A DNA stretch of 34,611 nt from Sandaracinaceae bacterium (GTDB lineage: Bacteria > Myxococcota_A > Polyangia > Polyangiales > Sandaracinaceae). Position numbers and translations under genes: made by a program. The stretch is taken from assembly GCA_044220955.1 (NCBI GenBank), contig JBGAQA010000071.1, positions 273-34,883 of the forward strand, given 5' to 3'. This document shows positions 31,704 through 34,611 of this stretch, in pieces (within the stretch, counting starts at the first letter, position 1; every line of letters begins with the position of its first letter). The notes under the pieces were generated by a model. The model was given only the letters and a program-made list of their open reading frames with translations. It did not search any database and was not told the DNA's origin.

Positions 31704-34403
31704 TCAGCTCTCGCCGCCCGCCGCGGGCTTCTCTTCCTTCGGCGCGACCTCCATCGCGTCCACGACGAACGCGTCGCTCTCGGTCGGCCGGTGCGCGATC
31801 ACGTGCTTCTCGATCTTCGTCGAGCTGAGGACGTCGGCCAGGCCCGGAGCGATCGATGCCGCGCGGGTCTCGGGGAACGCGAGCGTCGCGCTGCGCACCA
31901 CGCGGCCCACGCTGGCGCCGAGCTCCGTCTTCTTCTTGTTGATCGCCGTCATGAGCTCGATGGCGATGTCGAAGCTGTCCTCGCTCTTCGGCGCCTGGAT
32001 CTTCGCGAGCTCCGCCGCGGTCGGCCAGGGCGCCACGTGCACGCTCGCGCGGTGGGTCTCCTCGGCGTACACCCAGCTCCACACCTCCTCCGTGATGTAC
32101 GGCACGAAGGGCGCGAAGAGGCGCAAGAGCACGTTCAGCACGAGGCGTAGCGTCACGATGGCCGACACGCGGCCCGAGTCCTCGCCGCCCTCGCCGCGCG
32201 CGCGCGCCTTCACCAGCTCGAGGTACGCGTCCGTGAACTGCGACCAGAAGAACTGCTCGGTCGCCATCAGCGCGTGCGCGTACTCGAACTCGCGGAAGCT
32301 GGCGGTCGCCGTCTCGATCAGCGCGCGCAGCTTGCCGACGAGTGCGCGATCGATCTCGTGCGTGATCTGCACGTCGATCGTGTCGTCGAGCCCGACCTCT
32401 GCGTCGCCGAACGACTGGCCGAAGACGTACTTGCCCGCGTTGAAGAGCTTGGTGACCAGGCGCTTGCCCACCTTGAGCACCTTCTCGTCGAACGCGGTGT
32501 CCATGCCCAGGCGCGCGCTCGCGGCCCAGTAGCGCACGCCGTCGGCCGTGTAGTCCTCGAGGAGCTTCATCGGCGTGACGACGTTGCCGACGCTCTTGCT
32601 CATCTTCTTGCGGTCGGGATCCAGGATCCAGCCGCTGATCACGACGTTGTTCCACGGCACCTTGCCCTCGTGGAGCATCGCCTTGGCGATCGTGTAGAAG
32701 GCCCAGGTCCGGATGATCTCGTGCGACTGCGGGCGGATGTCGGCCGGGAAGAGCTTCTCGTGCCGCTCCGGATTCAGGAGCCAGTGCGAGCCGATCTGCG
32801 GCGTGAGCGACGACGTGAACCACGTGTCGAAGACGTCGGGGTCGCCCGAGAAGCCGCCCGGCTGGTTGCGCTGGGCCTCGGTGAAGCCCGTCGGCACGTC
32901 GCTCAGCGGATCGATCGGCAGCTGCGCGCGCGTGGGGTGGATCGCGTGCTCGTGGTCGACCGTGCCGTCGCTCCTCACGGGATACCAGACGGGGATCGGC
33001 ACGCCGAAGTAGCGCTGGCGCGAGACGCACCAGTCGCCGTTCAGGTTCTCGGTCCAGTTGTGGTAGCGCGAGTGCATGAACTCGGGCCACCAGCGGATCT
33101 GCTGGCCCTTCGTGAGCAGACCCTCCTGGTTCTGGAGCAGCTTCACGAACCACTGACGCGTCGTGATGAACTCGAGCGGGCGCTCGCCCTTCTCGTACAT
33201 CTTCACGGGGTGCGTGATCTTCTTCGGCTCGCCCTGGAGCGGCGCGCCGCGACCCGTCGCGCTCGCGGCCGGGTCCTTGAGCAGCTCGACGATGGTCTTC
33301 TGCGCCTGCGCGACGGTCTTGCCGACGAGCTGCGCGAACGCGGCGTTGGCCCTGTCCGCGTCGAGGGAGGGGAAGGCCTCGGTGCCGAACTCGGTCGCCT
33401 TCACGCGCCCGTCCTTGCCCAGGATCTGACGCGTCGGGAGCTTCTGCTCGCGCCACCACGTGACGTCGGTCGCGTCGCCGAAGGTGCACACCATCAGGAT
33501 GCCGGTGCCCTTCTTCGGGTCGGCGAGCTCGCTCGGGAAGATGCGCACGGGGGCCCGGAAGAGCGGAGTGATGGCGCGCTTACCGAAGTACTTCTTGAAG
33601 CGCTCGTCGTCGGGGTGCGCGCAGGCGCCGACGCACGCGGGGAGGAGCTCGGGGCGCGTGGTCGAGATCACGAAGGACGCGTCTTCCCCTTCGATCGCGA
33701 ACTCGAGGTCGTGGTAGGCGCCGGGCCGCTCCTCGTCCTTCAGGTCCGCCTGCGCGAGGGCCGTCTGGAAGTCGACGTCCCACATCGTCGGGGCCTCCAC
33801 GTTGTAGAGCTGGCCCTTCTCGACCAGGTCGAGGAACGAGAGCTGCGCGAGGTGCCGGCAGCGCTCGTCGATCGTCGCGTACGTCTGCGTCCAGTCGACG
33901 CTCAGCGCGATGCGGCGGAAGAGCGCCTCGAAGGCCTTCTCGTCCTCGTGGGTGACGCGCGCGCAGAGCTCGATGAACGCGCGACGCGACACGATGCGCG
34001 GCCGCTCGTCCTTGCGCTTCTTGTCGTCGGCCTGCTCGATCTCGAGCGGACCGCCCTCGTAGGGCAGCGTCGGGTCGCAGCGCACGTGGAAGTAGTTCTG
34101 CACGCGGCGCTCGGTGGGCAGGCCGTTGTCGTCCCAGCCCATCGGGTAGAAGACGTTCTGCCCGAGCATGCGGCGCTGCCGCACGAGCACGTCGGTGTGC
34201 GTGTACGAGAAGACGTGCCCCATGTGGAGCGAGCCGCTGACCGTCGGCGGCGGCGTGTCGACCACGAACGTCTCGTCGCGCCCGCGCGCCGGGTTCCAGC
34301 GATAGATGCCGCTCGTCTCCCAGACGCCGTCCCAGTGCTTCTCCTTGCCGGCGGCGTCGAAGTGCGGGGGGAGGGTGGAGGGATCGAAGATCTTGAGCGG
34401 CAT
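31704..34403 (-). CDS. valS: Valine--tRNA ligase (type 2-like)
   Basis: DTPPPTVSGSLHMGH (HIGH), GWDDNGLPTER, TTRPELL, DWCVSRQRYFGVPIP, DVFDTWFTS, KMSKS. Confidence 0.97.
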   Translation of the reverse strand: MPLKIFDPSTLPPHFDAAGKEKHWDGVWETSGIYRWNPARGRDETFVVDTPPPTVSGSLHMGHVFSYTHTDVLVRQRRMLGQNVFYPMGWDDNGLPTERRVQNYFHVRCDPTLPYEGGPLEIEQADDKKRKDERPRIVSRRAFIELCARVTHEDEKAFEALFRRIALSVDWTQTYATIDERCRHLAQLSFLDLVEKGQLYNVEAPTMWDVDFQTALAQADLKDEERPGAYHDLEFAIEGEDASFVISTTRPELLPACVGACAHPDDERFKKYFGKRAITPLFRAPVRIFPSELADPKKGTGILMVCTFGDATDVTWWREQKLPTRQILGKDGRVKATEFGTEAFPSLDADRANAAFAQLVGKTVAQAQKTIVELLKDPAASATGRGAPLQGEPKKITHPVKMYEKGERPLEFITTRQWFVKLLQNQEGLLTKGQQIRWWPEFMHSRYHNWTENLNGDWCVSRQRYFGVPIPVWYPVRSDGTVDHEHAIHPTRAQLPIDPLSDVPTGFTEAQRNQPGGFSGDPDVFDTWFTSSLTPQIGSHWLLNPERHEKLFPADIRPQSHEIIRTWAFYTIAKAMLHEGKVPWNNVVISGWILDPDRKKMSKSVGNVVTPMKLLEDYTADGVRYWAASARLGMDTAFDEKVLKVGKRLVTKLFNAGKYVFGQSFGDAEVGLDDTIDVQITHEIDRALVGKLRALIETATASFREFEYAHALMATEQFFWSQFTDAYLELVKARARGEGGEDSGRVSAIVTLRLVLNVLLRLFAPFVPYITEEVWSWVYAEETHRASVHVAPWPTAAELAKIQAPKSEDSFDIAIELMTAINKKKTELGASVGRVVRSATLAFPETRAASIAPGLADVLSSTKIEKHVIAHRPTESDAFVVDAMEVAPKEEKPAAGGES

Positions 34404-34457
34404 GGGGCCGCTTAGATACTTGGCCCGGATCGACGGGACAAGCGCTAGAGATCGGTC

Positions 34458-34611
34458 ATGACGCGTTGCGCGGCTGCGCTCGTGCTCTTCGCATACGGCT
34501 GCGCGACGGACCCTTGCGGGGGCGCGCCGCCCGCCATCGCGGAGTGCGAGGTCGGCGTCGCGTGGGCGGACTGTGGCGGCACCGGGGCCGCGACCTTCGC
34601 GTGCGCGAGGC
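34458..34611 (+). CDS. 5' end of a Cys-containing lipoprotein (partial, runs off the window end)
   Basis: MTRCAAALVLFAYG-CATDPCGGAPPAIAECEVGVAWADCGG…; frame open to the window end. Confidence 0.6.
   Translation, partial: MTRCAAALVLFAYGCATDPCGGAPPAIAECEVGVAWADCGGTGAATFACAR

Overview
High-GC (roughly 70%+, estimated by eye) chromosomal segment, most likely from a myxobacterium (Polyangiales/Sandaracinaceae-like). The evidence for this is a MYXO-CTERM protein, many Cys-rich or 'DAG'-linker lipoproteins and a class II DAHP synthase. About 29 CDS are supported. Housekeeping and enzyme genes: polA, purN, eno, proC, valS, class II DAHP synthase, an alpha-oxoamine synthase, GST, a cupin, a TIGR03960/TIGR03936-type radical SAM fusion and three hydrolases. 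Regulators: a SigR/SigH-like ECF sigma/anti-sigma pair and a PhaR-like protein. About 8 genes encode predicted lipoproteins. No RNA genes, CRISPR arrays or mobile elements were seen. Main finding: a two-gene operon (19310-23532, minus strand) with its own promoter and terminator. The first gene appears to encode a complete two-barrel BPI/LBP/CETP-like (TULIP) lipid-binding protein, with an N-terminal lipobox, two Ig-like domains and a C-terminal MYXO-CTERM anchor. It is translationally coupled to a predicted 7-bladed beta-propeller lipoprotein. Other highlights: two compact bidirectional, apparently leaderless promoters, widespread leaderless-type -10 elements, an exact GGAAT-N18-GTT ECF promoter, and a lipoprotein made of 17 knottin-like modules. 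All homology calls come from motif recognition and recalled sequences; no searches were run.
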